Shown: one piece after another, positions 9,368-17,405 of the stretch | Numbering within the stretch: the first letter of the stretch is position 1 | Layout of the letters: every line of letters starts with the position of its first letter | Position numbers and translations under genes: made by a program | The notes under the pieces: model-generated | What the model was told of the DNA's origin: nothing | Database searches by the model: none | Seen by the model: the letters and a program-made list of their open reading frames with translations, nothing else | From: an uncultured virus (IMG/VR IMGVR_UViG_3300023174_000160) | Lineage: Duplodnaviria; Heunggongvirae; Uroviricota; Caudoviricetes | Direction: 5' to 3' (one strand) | Virus record (IMG/VR): IMGVR_UViG_3300023174_000160 | Length of the DNA stretch: 20,000 bases

Positions 9368-10252
9368 TTAAGCGGGCATGTACTTGTTAGGATTAATTTG
9401 ACGACCTTGTTTTGTCGTTCCCGTACGTGCCTTGCGAACTTTATCCATCATAGAGTAGAGTCGTTGGGCGCCAGCTTTAGTTGAGCCATTACCCAAATGC
9501 GATACCACATCGGCCGGTATTACGAACTCACCATCCGCCAAACGTGCGGGCTGTTTATTAGCAATAGTGGCAGGAATTGAATCGCTCATACCGTCACCGG
9601 GGCCATCCAAATAACCGCCCTTGGCATAAGTATCCATAGGTTCATCATACGCCGGAAGCTTAGTACGTGCATCAAAAGCACCGCCACCAGCCATGCCCAA
9701 ATCAGTAATGCCACCTTCAGCATACCCACGAACCCGGCGGCGCAAATCTTCTACAGATTCAGACGGCCCACTCCAATAGCTTTCTTGTGTGGGAGCAACC
9801 GCTAGGTTAGTAGGAGACATAGCACCCACAAGAGCACCAGCGGCGGGCATACCCAAAGACGAAAGGGCGGAATTACCAGTAGCTGTTTTAAACGCGGCCG
9901 CCCCACCTTCTTTGGTTAAACCTTCTACACCAGCACCTAATTTGTCGTACAAAGACGGAGAAAACGTACCAGCAGCATCAACAGCGTTTGATGCCCCACC
10001 AAATATATCCCCCGCAGCGCCAGAAGCAAGCTGCTGATTACCAAATTTAGCCAAGTCCCCGACACCACTCGCGCCACCATATCCACCCAGTGCATCTAAA
10101 CCAATACTAATAGGGTCTTTACCTTGGATAAGGCTAGTAAGCCCAGCTACGCCGGCGCCCAATTGTCCAGTAGACAAGCCTAAAACAGTGCCACCTATTG
10201 CGCCTTCTATCATTGGGGCACTCAACATTCCGACAAGGGGGGCAAGGGCCAT
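9368..10252 (-). CDS. Probable internal virion protein (294 aa) with AxGG motifs and a C-terminal GPGDGMSDSIPA...ARLADGEFV domain
   Basis: Hydrophobic Gly-rich N-terminus; YAEGG, MAGGG and YAKGG motifs; the GPG.G.SDSIPA..RL..GEFV signature also occurs in tape-measure C-termini; AAGGA RBS. Confidence 0.7.
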   Translation of the reverse strand: MALAPLVGMLSAPMIEGAIGGTVLGLSTGQLGAGVAGLTSLIQGKDPISIGLDALGGYGGASGVGDLAKFGNQQLASGAAGDIFGGASNAVDAAGTFSPSLYDKLGAGVEGLTKEGGAAAFKTATGNSALSSLGMPAAGALVGAMSPTNLAVAPTQESYWSGPSESVEDLRRRVRGYAEGGITDLGMAGGGAFDARTKLPAYDEPMDTYAKGGYLDGPGDGMSDSIPATIANKQPARLADGEFVIPADVVSHLGNGSTKAGAQRLYSMMDKVRKARTGTTKQGRQINPNKYMPA

Positions 10253-10269
10253 CTTAAATCCTTTAATTC

Positions 10270-10566
10270 TTATGTATTAACTACAACCGTTCCAACACTA
10301 GCAGTTGCAGCAAAGCTAGGTGCGTATACTAAATCGGCTAAAACTATTTTTAGAATATCTCCGTCCCGATACACACTACCCACAGGCAAATTATACCCGC
10401 TAGTAGGTACGTTTGTTAACACAATGCTTTCAACTTGTATAGGGGTAGTTGAGTCAAGCCGGTCAAAATACAAACGCAAGGCACGGTTAAGTTGTTGCTG
10501 CTGTCCTTCGTTATATTCGCGGCTGGGAATCGGAAGCGCCGGGGCTTTGAATCGAATCATCCCCAT
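10270..10566 (-). CDS. Small tail-associated structural protein (98 aa), position of the P22 gp26 needle/plug
   Basis: APALP....Y....QQ.LNRALRLYFDRLD helical N-terminus; follows the hub gene with a 2-nt gap; ends in a beta-rich ATASVGTVVVNT motif. Confidence 0.6.
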   Translation of the reverse strand: MGMIRFKAPALPIPSREYNEGQQQQLNRALRLYFDRLDSTTPIQVESIVLTNVPTSGYNLPVGSVYRDGDILKIVLADLVYAPSFAATASVGTVVVNT

Positions 10567-10568
10567 GC

Positions 10569-12125
10569 TTAACCCCGGTGTCCGTCAGGCTTAGCATCAA
10601 TACGCGGCATACCTAACTGCCACTGCACGCCTAATCCAGTAGATGCAATCTTGAAACTAATCTGCCGGCCGCGGGCGCGAATAAATACTTGCTCTGTATA
10701 TTGGTCTACCGGAACGGTGGCGGTGCGTACTACGCTCTTTGTGAGACCCGTGTTTTCTGCATTATTGGTTTGATACGCAGCGCCGGGGAAATTCCTAGGA
10801 CTTATCGTAAGGTCAACCGTTGGATTAGCTGCGGTAGAGTTGGTGAAGTTAATGTCCGGGACAACGCGGCGAATAAGCATAAACTTGTCACCGTCTTCGA
10901 TATCAATATCTCCAGACGAAATAAAGGACTGCATTGGCAGAATATCATCATTAACCCCGCGCTCGTGGTCGTACAAGTAACCGTTTGGTTTAGCCGCCTG
11001 CGGGAATTCGCGCAGCGGGGAATCGCTCCATGCCGTCCGGTCTATCTGACCGTAGTACCAAATTTGTTCTACATGGTTATAAATTACGTAACGGTTAATT
11101 TCATTCGAGTTGGCGCTAGGATAGAACCAAACAACTTCGTTAAACTGTTCGTTTGTACCGCTAATTATTTGCACCTCGGCGCCGCGGTTAATGTCTTGGA
11201 ATATGTATTGGCGAAGCGTGCAGGGGAGCGTATCAACTCGGCCGTTGTACATATAGAACTTGTCGATGCCCATCCAGAACGTAACGTTGTTCACCGTAAC
11301 CGGCGACGCCGGCGACATAATAGAAATAGTATCCGCAAGTTCCTGCACGCCAAATACTTCTTGGTTTCCTAAGAACTGCAGGGAATACAGGGTGGTATCA
11401 GTGAACACCAGAATTTCTTGGCGGGTGCGGAGCGCGCGTACAATCTCAGACCCGTTGGTTACACGAAGGAACCCTGCGCTGTTGGTTTGTGTAGGCGTGA
11501 AGTTCCACGGCTCGTCTTGGTTAGACCAGCGGATAAGTAGTGGGTCGTATGTATTCGTCAGGTAGTTGGTACCGCCAAACGCCAGCAAATGTCTATCTTG
11601 TTGTGAAAACAAAATACTGCCAACTAATTGGGGAACGTCCGAAGCCCCCGGTAACGATGCAAGCCGCACAGCTCTGTTACTAAACGTACTATCGTAAATC
11701 CAGTAGTATATGTCCGCGTTGCGGATACAGAAGATTAGGTCGTCGTTGTACCGGTCTTGCGAATACAGTCTGGGCGGGATAAAGATAGGCACCGTGGCCG
11801 AAGAACCCCAACCACTTCTACCCCAAGGCCCAGCACCCCAGCCATAGCCGAATGTAGATAGCTCTGCGCCCGAATGAATATCAAACGTAGCTGTTATTAC
11901 GCCGTTGTATGTTGCAGAGGATGTGGCCGCCGTGGTGGTAGTAATCTTAAACGTGTTCAGCGTGGCGTTAGAGATGAGATGGTCGCCGTTGAGTTCCGAC
12001 GCCGGGATGCCGCCCACTGCAGAAGTGATACCCGCAAAAAGAACGTAGTCGCCGTTAAGCGCACCATTGTTTGGAATGGTTACAAGAACTTCGTTTGAGT
12101 TGAGGGTTGTAGTAAGAACGCTCAT
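10569..12125 (-). CDS. Tail hub/nozzle (P22 gp10-like, beta-propeller) protein, C-terminal part (518 aa)
   Basis: GYGWGAGPWG, DRHLLAFG, DPLLIRWSNQD, QEILVFTD, FWMG.DKFYMYNG.V.TLPC, FNEVVWFYPS, C-terminal RARGRQ...WQLGMPRIDAKPDG. ATG overlaps the upstream TGA (ATGA). Confidence 0.8.
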   Translation of the reverse strand: MSVLTTTLNSNEVLVTIPNNGALNGDYVLFAGITSAVGGIPASELNGDHLISNATLNTFKITTTTAATSSATYNGVITATFDIHSGAELSTFGYGWGAGPWGRSGWGSSATVPIFIPPRLYSQDRYNDDLIFCIRNADIYYWIYDSTFSNRAVRLASLPGASDVPQLVGSILFSQQDRHLLAFGGTNYLTNTYDPLLIRWSNQDEPWNFTPTQTNSAGFLRVTNGSEIVRALRTRQEILVFTDTTLYSLQFLGNQEVFGVQELADTISIMSPASPVTVNNVTFWMGIDKFYMYNGRVDTLPCTLRQYIFQDINRGAEVQIISGTNEQFNEVVWFYPSANSNEINRYVIYNHVEQIWYYGQIDRTAWSDSPLREFPQAAKPNGYLYDHERGVNDDILPMQSFISSGDIDIEDGDKFMLIRRVVPDINFTNSTAANPTVDLTISPRNFPGAAYQTNNAENTGLTKSVVRTATVPVDQYTEQVFIRARGRQISFKIASTGLGVQWQLGMPRIDAKPDGHRG

Positions 12126-12655
12126 GATATAGTTACCGTGACCGTGCCGGTTGCGGCAGTTGCAGAAACACTAAATACCGGGATGCCTTCAATAGCTTGC
12201 ACGGTGCCAACTGAACCGGTACTGGAGACTCCAGAAATTATTAGGGGTATTTGCACAGTACCAACGCGTCCAGTCGCAGTTACGCCGTAAACAGGGATGC
12301 CCGGAATTACCTGCACGGTGCCAACTGAGCCGGTACCGGAGACGCCTGATATGCCGCTATTAGTAAATACCAAACGCACGGGGGTGATATCAAACAAGTT
12401 GCCCGCAACGTCAACGTATACTTTTTTGTTTGTAGCAACACCCATAAGGTTGTTGCCGTCGGAAGTTACCCATACGAATAGAGACCGGCACACGCCGACA
12501 AACTGGGTATACGAATACTTTAGCCAGCCGCCTAGTTTCTCTGGGAACCCAGAACGAAACCTGATTTTGTCACACTCGTACCAGCCCCCTTCAGACGCAT
12601 AATTTGTCTGGTCGCGGTTAATACCCGGCTTAAATACGAGCTTCGATAACGGCAT
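12122..12655 (-). CDS. Tail hub/nozzle protein N-terminal part (aa 1-101) fused to a duplicated 38-aa beta-repeat (177 aa)
   Basis: MPL.KL.FKPGINR..T.YA.EGGWY.CDKIRFRSG.PEKLGGW...DITP.R is, as I recall, the N-terminus of the family to which the downstream 518-aa ORF belongs. Residues 102-177 are two 38-aa repeats. Confidence 0.8.
   Translation of the reverse strand: MPLSKLVFKPGINRDQTNYASEGGWYECDKIRFRSGFPEKLGGWLKYSYTQFVGVCRSLFVWVTSDGNNLMGVATNKKVYVDVAGNLFDITPVRLVFTNSGISGVSGTGSVGTVQVIPGIPVYGVTATGRVGTVQIPLIISGVSSTGSVGTVQAIEGIPVFSVSATAATGTVTVTIS
12125..12352 (-). repeat. Two diverged 114-bp direct repeats (ISGVS.TGSVGTVQ.I.GIPV..V.AT...GTV...)
   Basis: Shared core tgcacggtgccaactga[a/g]ccggtac[t/c]ggagac starts at 12198 and 12312, offset exactly 114 bp. 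Confidence 0.9.
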
Positions 12656-12663
12656 CGCACATC

Positions 12664-13107
12664 CTAAGACATATATAGCGCCGCTTCATCTTTGCGCCTT
12701 TTTACTAATCCCGGCAATACTTTACCACCGGCTTTGCAATATTTCATCAAAGATGATACAGCACCCTCTTTATCACCTCTATTGGTTTTCATTCTCACAG
12801 AACTTCGCTGTAAACAGCCTAGCCCCAGATTGAATGAAAATGAAACAAGTGCGTCAAATTGGCCTTGAGTAAGAGGAACAGGGCACAGTCTAGAAACACC
12901 ACGCTCAAACCTATCAAGGTCGGCCGCAAGAATCGCATCGACTTCCTCCCGTGTGAAAGTTCTATTCCACTCCGGCGGCAAAGACTTACCATCGCCGATT
13001 AGATGTCCCACGCCCACCGTCCACAATCCAGCAGGACACTTGTACGGGCGCAGCCTCACACCCTCATGGTGTGCAATCAATGCCCTGCCCTTGGCAGAGA
13101 TTTTCAT
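12664..13107 (-). CDS. Endolysin, GH24 (T4-like/RrrD-family) lysozyme
   Basis: HEG.RL.PY.CPAGLWTVGVGH gives the E-x8-C-x5-T catalytic triad; QFDALVSFSFNLG; GL..RR..E. Confidence 0.95.
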   Translation of the reverse strand: MKISAKGRALIAHHEGVRLRPYKCPAGLWTVGVGHLIGDGKSLPPEWNRTFTREEVDAILAADLDRFERGVSRLCPVPLTQGQFDALVSFSFNLGLGCLQRSSVRMKTNRGDKEGAVSSLMKYCKAGGKVLPGLVKRRKDEAALYMS

Positions 13108-13589
13108 TTTTTACCGAACGCTTGGGACCCGAACCAAAAGGAAATGATAGACGCCCAGATTGCTTGGGTTTCATCGTCCCATACGGTGTCCATCATGACT
13201 TTGAAGTCCGCGCCGTGCGCCCATGCGTAGGCAATACCAGCGATATCAACGATTACCAGAAGCGCAAAAAGACCGAACGTAATTGTTGGCCGCACCATTG
13301 CACGCATGTTGATAACCCACTGAGCTGCACCCTTGCCAATCTCAATGTCGTGCTGATAAAGGCTTTGACGTTCTGCATAGAATCCCTCTACCTGAGTCTG
13401 CTCCAGCTTGATTTCTTCTGCCTTCTCTTGGGCTTGGTAGCCAATCTCTGCTAGGTTCAGTTCCCGCTCGGTCTGCATGCGCGCAAGCTCAAGCTCATGC
13501 TTCTTGTCCGACTTGTCTTGGAAGAAATCAATAATCTTCGGCAGGCCAGAGGACAGGAAACCAATAAGGGTAGAGAGCAGAGTAAGCAT
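13104..13589 (-). CDS. Holin-like membrane protein (3TM GTA-holin-like, 161 aa)
   Basis: N-terminal amphipathic/hydrophobic helix, D.KHEL coiled coil, VRP.IT followed by a TM segment, and C-terminal IISFWFGS; ATGA-coupled to the lysozyme. Confidence 0.75.
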   Translation of the reverse strand: MLTLLSTLIGFLSSGLPKIIDFFQDKSDKKHELELARMQTERELNLAEIGYQAQEKAEEIKLEQTQVEGFYAERQSLYQHDIEIGKGAAQWVINMRAMVRPTITFGLFALLVIVDIAGIAYAWAHGADFKVMMDTVWDDETQAIWASIISFWFGSQAFGKK

Positions 13590-13599
13590 TTTTATCCCT

Positions 13600-13917
13600 T
13601 TAGGTCAGGCCCAAGACCTTCAGAACGACCATACCGAAAGCACCGGCAGCGGCCCATGTTGCACCGAAAACCCAACTTACCGCCAGACTTTGGCGGCGGT
13701 CATCTTTTTCAAGCTCGTTAATGCGCTCGCCGTGGTTGTCCAGCAACTTGAAGATACGACCCTGAGTCTCCGACATCTTTTCCTGACGCTCATCAATGAT
13801 TGCAAGTTTAGTCAGTGCATTAGCAATGTCCCGCATCACCACTTTCATCTCAGACATGTCTTCGTGCAGAGATTGGACTTTGTTGGTCAGCAGGGCGATT
13901 TCGGTTTCTTGGCTCAT
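13600..13917 (-). CDS. Coiled-coil protein with C-terminal TM anchor (105 aa), probable lysis/membrane accessory
   Basis: Heptad-like N-terminal 75 aa, then hydrophobic WVFGATWAAAGAFGMVVLKVLGL; directly upstream of the holin-like gene. Confidence 0.65.
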   Translation of the reverse strand: MSQETEIALLTNKVQSLHEDMSEMKVVMRDIANALTKLAIIDERQEKMSETQGRIFKLLDNHGERINELEKDDRRQSLAVSWVFGATWAAAGAFGMVVLKVLGLT

Positions 13918-14069
13918 GGCTTCTTCTCGTTGAACAGCTCAAACAGGGTCCTAACTTTCTCTTTCAACTGCTCAATGTCTGAATGTGACTTTGCTAGCCA
14001 GAACACCAATGCCGTGAAACCAACCGCAATCGGCCACAGAGTATTGATGACGGCTAGCAAGTCTTCCAT
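13914..14069 (-). CDS. Small membrane protein, 51 aa (MEDLLAVINTLWPIAVGFTALVFWLAKSHSDIEQLKEKVRTLFELFNEKKP); not in the supplied ORF track
   Basis: Translated by hand: ATG at 14069, TGA at 13916-13914 overlapping the next ATG (ATGA). It fills the gap in the operon and has one TM helix plus a short coiled coil. Confidence 0.8.
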   Translation of the reverse strand: MEDLLAVINTLWPIAVGFTALVFWLAKSHSDIEQLKEKVRTLFELFNEKKP

Positions 14070-14074
14070 GATTT

Positions 14075-14308
14075 TTATGGATTATTAATTGTTGCGGTTG
14101 ATGTTTCTCGGTCCAACTTTAAAACGCCATAACAGCAGACGTTCCAATCTTCACTATTTTCTTCTTTTTCGCTAAACGAATCTACGTTCAACTTGAAGTT
14201 TTTGACCAAGTATTCTTTGTCACCTTCAAAGACACGCCATACATGGTCCATCGTTCCACGCCCTTCTTGACCTCTGCTTTTGTTAAAGCGGATGCGGTAC
14301 TTGTTCAT
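14075..14308 (-). CDS. Hypothetical protein (77 aa, MNKYRIRFNKSRGQEGRGT..HVWRVFE...)
   Basis: ATG at 14308 overlaps the oxygenase TGA (ATGA) with GGAG upstream, a better start than 14338. Confidence 0.75.
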   Translation of the reverse strand: MNKYRIRFNKSRGQEGRGTMDHVWRVFEGDKEYLVKNFKLNVDSFSEKEENSEDWNVCCYGVLKLDRETSTATINNP

Positions 14309-15015
14309 ATAATCTCCGCTGCGGGCGGAACAAAACATGTCTGCGGCGCCATTTGAACGTTTAGATTGAAGTGAACAAATTTAATAGGTTTATCAGAAGC
14401 GTGACGAGTAAATGAATGTGCAAGCCAAGCATTTGCAAAGATAAACAAGCCCGGCTTGGGTTCAAAGTTAATCATCTTGCTTGCCACAGTTGCTAGATTC
14501 GGGTCGTGTTCGGGCAAATCAATCATAGACTTACCCATACGCGGGTCATGAAATACTACGCGCGATGAATTTTCCGGTGCTTCTAGAAAATAAAAACCAA
14601 CAATCTGCGAACCATACCCGTGGGTGTGCTGCTCCATAGAAGATTGCTTGTGATGCTCTTGAGTCCACATTTCTGTAAATTGCACCACCTTGTCTTGCAT
14701 AAAATAACCCTGTTCATTAAGGATATTCCACGCGGTAGCACCAACAAACTCAGTAAAGTCAGCAACCCTAGGGTCGGCAAAATAATTACCACTCATCATT
14801 ACAGGATAGATTTCATCAATCTTTTGCTCTTTGTGCTGCTGAGCTAAAAATTCTTCAGAAACCTCATTAACCTTTGCCAAAAAGTCAGGACGCTCAATCA
14901 GGTAGATTGGGCAAGGAAAATGATAGGCCACTTGCAGTTGGGTGTTTTGAACCACCTCCTTAACCTGCTCCGCGGCCTTGCATTCTTTTTGAGCCTTCTT
15001 GGCTACTTTGGTCAT
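14305..15015 (-). CDS. Putative 2OG-Fe(II) oxygenase, TIGR02466-like (about 236 aa)
   Basis: FPCPIY N-terminus, MW...H....EQHTH (HxH), IVGFYFL, FHDPR, PKPG..IF..AWLAHSF (distal His), FVHFNL. ATG at 15015 overlaps the upstream TGA. Confidence 0.85.
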   Translation of the reverse strand: MTKVAKKAQKECKAAEQVKEVVQNTQLQVAYHFPCPIYLIERPDFLAKVNEVSEEFLAQQHKEQKIDEIYPVMMSGNYFADPRVADFTEFVGATAWNILNEQGYFMQDKVVQFTEMWTQEHHKQSSMEQHTHGYGSQIVGFYFLEAPENSSRVVFHDPRMGKSMIDLPEHDPNLATVASKMINFEPKPGLFIFANAWLAHSFTRHASDKPIKFVHFNLNVQMAPQTCFVPPAAEII

Positions 15016-15500
15016 GCCGCTACCCACGCCCATGCAAGGAAGTCAAACTTGTAATTGCCTTCGGGGCGAACCGGGGTGTCTTTCCAGTTGTTGTCAGCAC
15101 CGCACCAGAAAGGCATGATGCCTTGGCTGACTTTGGCTTCGTCAACTTCCGGGCGGGCAACGGGCGGCACCATAGCGCAGGTTGCTTCATCAAATGTCCA
15201 AGCAGCCCAGTTTTCGACTTGTTCACGAGCGTTAAATGCATCACGAACAGATTGCTGAAGCGCGGTCTTTTCTTCTTGGGTCATCGGGCGCACCATCCAG
15301 ACATCCGTCCAAGTGCCGTTTACTTTTTCATAGGCCGGCTCATTGGATTCCAGCACATCATAAACACCCGGAGTGGGGCGCTCAACGCGAATGAACGGCT
15401 CCCAATGTGCAGGGATTGAACCAAACGCTTGTAAGAGGTTGTCCTCAAAAGCGGGATGATTTTTGATTTGACCGTTTTCGGTTTCAATAAACAGATTCAT
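15012..15500 (-). CDS. Tail fibre assembly/chaperone-like protein (about 162 aa)
   Basis: AGGAG RBS. EKVNGTWTDVWMVRPMTQEEK aligns with EEVNGKWFTKYSVADMDDETK of the chaperone at 16954-17397. C-terminal W..DEATC..VPPV.RP...W motif. Confidence 0.65.
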   Translation of the reverse strand: MNLFIETENGQIKNHPAFEDNLLQAFGSIPAHWEPFIRVERPTPGVYDVLESNEPAYEKVNGTWTDVWMVRPMTQEEKTALQQSVRDAFNAREQVENWAAWTFDEATCAMVPPVARPEVDEAKVSQGIMPFWCGADNNWKDTPVRPEGNYKFDFLAWAWVAA

Positions 15501-15512
15501 CACTTCTCCTAA

Positions 15513-16472
15513 TTAAAGATTGCCAGTGTTTGTTGAGGGGAACGAACGTGTGTTACCCGGCCAAATAATGCGGACTGCGCCGCCGGAACCATTACCAGCA
15601 GACACGCCAAGAGCTTTACTCCTGCCACCACCAGCACCACCATATGCCCCGCCAGCCGCACCGTTTCCACAAATACCAACAGCGGTGCTTCCATTGCTTC
15701 CACTACTCCCACCGCCGCCACCGCCGCCCTGTCCGGTACCCGTGCCACTTCCACCAGAGCCAGACAATCCGCCTGAACCATTAGAGCCTTGACCAAGAAG
15801 ACCAACACCACCGCCACCACCGCCGCCTGAATAGGCTGTTGCACCGCAAGATATACCGCCCCCACCAGCGCCACCACCACCAGCGCCGCCGGTTCCTGCA
15901 TTACCATTTAATTGGCCTCTAGACCCGCCGCCACCATTACCAGCATAACCGCCAGCACCGCCGCCGCCGCCGCCCGCATTTGCTAGTTGCGGGGCGCCAC
16001 AGCTTTTTATTGGCACACCACCACCGCCGCCGGACCCGCCACCGTTTCCTGTATACCCGCCCCCTGCTGGGGAACACGGTCCAGTTGTACAAGCGCCTGA
16101 CCCACCTCCACCACGTACCACGGAAGTTGAGCAAAAATAACTACTCCCACCGGCTCCACCAAACGCAACGCCAGCCGCGCCAACAACAACCGTATAAGAG
16201 TTACCGGGTGTGACCGAATATCCGTTTTTATAACCCAGTCCGCCACCGCCACCCCCTTTTCCAGAAATTGTGGTACCGCATCCGGAAAATGTATTACCGC
16301 CGCCGCCACCGCCGCCAATCGCAACGATAGAAACCGAAGTCACTCCAGTAGGAGCTACCCAAGAGTAAGTTCCAGCGGTTGTATAAGCCTGCTGGCCCGG
16401 AGGTACAGCCACTACTCCCCCAAACCCAAACCCACTAGCTGATGCTGCTCCACGAGTACCGAGTAACGGCAT
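15513..16472 (-). CDS. Glycine-rich tail-tip adhesin-like protein (319 aa)
   Basis: YTTAGTYSWVAPTGVTSVSIVAIGGGGGG, V.PG.SYTVVVG..G, many polyglycine runs separated by variable Cys-containing loops, closing G..GAVRIIW; TAAGGAG RBS. Confidence 0.8.
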   Translation of the reverse strand: MPLLGTRGAASASGFGFGGVVAVPPGQQAYTTAGTYSWVAPTGVTSVSIVAIGGGGGGGNTFSGCGTTISGKGGGGGGLGYKNGYSVTPGNSYTVVVGAAGVAFGGAGGSSYFCSTSVVRGGGGSGACTTGPCSPAGGGYTGNGGGSGGGGGVPIKSCGAPQLANAGGGGGGAGGYAGNGGGGSRGQLNGNAGTGGAGGGGAGGGGISCGATAYSGGGGGGGVGLLGQGSNGSGGLSGSGGSGTGTGQGGGGGGGSSGSNGSTAVGICGNGAAGGAYGGAGGGRSKALGVSAGNGSGGAVRIIWPGNTRSFPSTNTGNL

Positions 16473-16482
16473 GGCTTACTCC

Positions 16483-16950
16483 TTAGGCAAACTTGGTCTG
16501 CGAAGCAAAGATGGTGAACGCAGCGCTACCCGTCTTCACGATGGTGTACGAGTACACGTCAATGCTCGATGCGTTACCGGCGCTGGGTGCAGTGCCACCT
16601 TGCCACTTCGGGGTGACAGAAGCGCCGTCAACCTGCACTACGTTGTTGTAGTAAGCGGTAGCACCTTGGGTAACAAGGAAAGCAACGGTAATCGACTGGC
16701 CGGTAGACATCAGAGTGTTCAATGACGTACCCGACGAGCCACGGAAGTTAGTGGTCCAGTTAGCCGAAGCGTTGCTGGTGTAGTACAGAACCGACTGGGT
16801 GCTGACATCATAGTTAATCGTGCCGGTAGCAGCAGTGGCCGAGATAGTTACGGTTTCACTTGCCGTCTGCAGGTTCTTGTTGGTCATCGTCTGCGTGTTG
16901 GTCGCAGTCGTGACGTTGTTTGGGGCGATGATGCTCGAAAGAGTTGCCAT
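16483..16950 (-). CDS. Short tail fibre/adaptor protein (155 aa)
   Basis: Single TQTMTNK shaft motif, then a Thr/Ser-rich beta domain (AATGTINYD...QSVLYYTSNA..NWT.NFRG...KWQGG.AP..G.A..IDVY.YTIVKT); GGAG RBS. Confidence 0.75.
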   Translation of the reverse strand: MATLSSIIAPNNVTTATNTQTMTNKNLQTASETVTISATAATGTINYDVSTQSVLYYTSNASANWTTNFRGSSGTSLNTLMSTGQSITVAFLVTQGATAYYNNVVQVDGASVTPKWQGGTAPSAGNASSIDVYSYTIVKTGSAAFTIFASQTKFA

Positions 16951-16953
16951 GAT

Positions 16954-17397
16954 TTACTCCGGTTGGGTCGGCCACTGAACTTCCCACGGGAAGCCGGCCT
17001 GTGTAGGAATGTCACGAAGAGCTTGACGGTAGGTTGCCCATGCAGCCTTATTCTCCGGGCTGTCGGCGAGTTGCGTCCAGTCAGAATCAGAGAGCTTTTG
17101 GTTGCGTTGGTCACGCATGCTCTTGGCTTGCTCTGCATCCTTGGCGGCTTTGGTCTCGTCATCCATGTCAGCCACGCTGTACTTGGTGAACCACTTGCCA
17201 TTAACTTCTTCCACGCCATCACGGAAAGCAGTCTGATAACGAGTCGGTTGAGCTTGCGGGCCTTCAAGGACCACATCAAAGCCCATGTCACCAATCAGAC
17301 CAACCGTCAGTTGTTCCGGGAAGGACGTGTTAGGGAAAGCAGCACGGAACTCAGATTCCGTAATCACTGCACCAGTTTCTTTGTTACGAAGTTCCAT
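16954..17397 (-). CDS. Phage tail (fibre) assembly chaperone
   Basis: C-terminal R.QRN.KL.DSDWTQL.DSP...AW.TYRQALRDIP.QAGFP..V.WP..P is the signature of the Phage_tail_APC-type chaperone; TAGGAG RBS. Confidence 0.9.
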   Translation of the reverse strand: MELRNKETGAVITESEFRAAFPNTSFPEQLTVGLIGDMGFDVVLEGPQAQPTRYQTAFRDGVEEVNGKWFTKYSVADMDDETKAAKDAEQAKSMRDQRNQKLSDSDWTQLADSPENKAAWATYRQALRDIPTQAGFPWEVQWPTQPE

Positions 17398-17405
17398 GTT
17401 TGCTC

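Noticed and set aside
10689..11372. 227-aa plus-strand ORF
   Set aside because: Antisense shadow of the hub gene; no RBS or recognisable motif.
12125..12175. Programmed -1 frameshift fusing the two hub ORFs
   Set aside because: The overlap window is only about 15 codons (bounded by TAG at 12173-12171) and has no X XXY YYZ slippery site; ATGA coupling explains the junction.
13477..14088. 203-aa plus-strand ORF
   Set aside because: Antisense to three coupled minus-strand genes; implausible composition.
15509..16324. Alternative-frame ORFs within the glycine-rich gene
   Set aside because: By-products of GGN codon runs (Val/Ala- or Pro-rich frames lacking stops).
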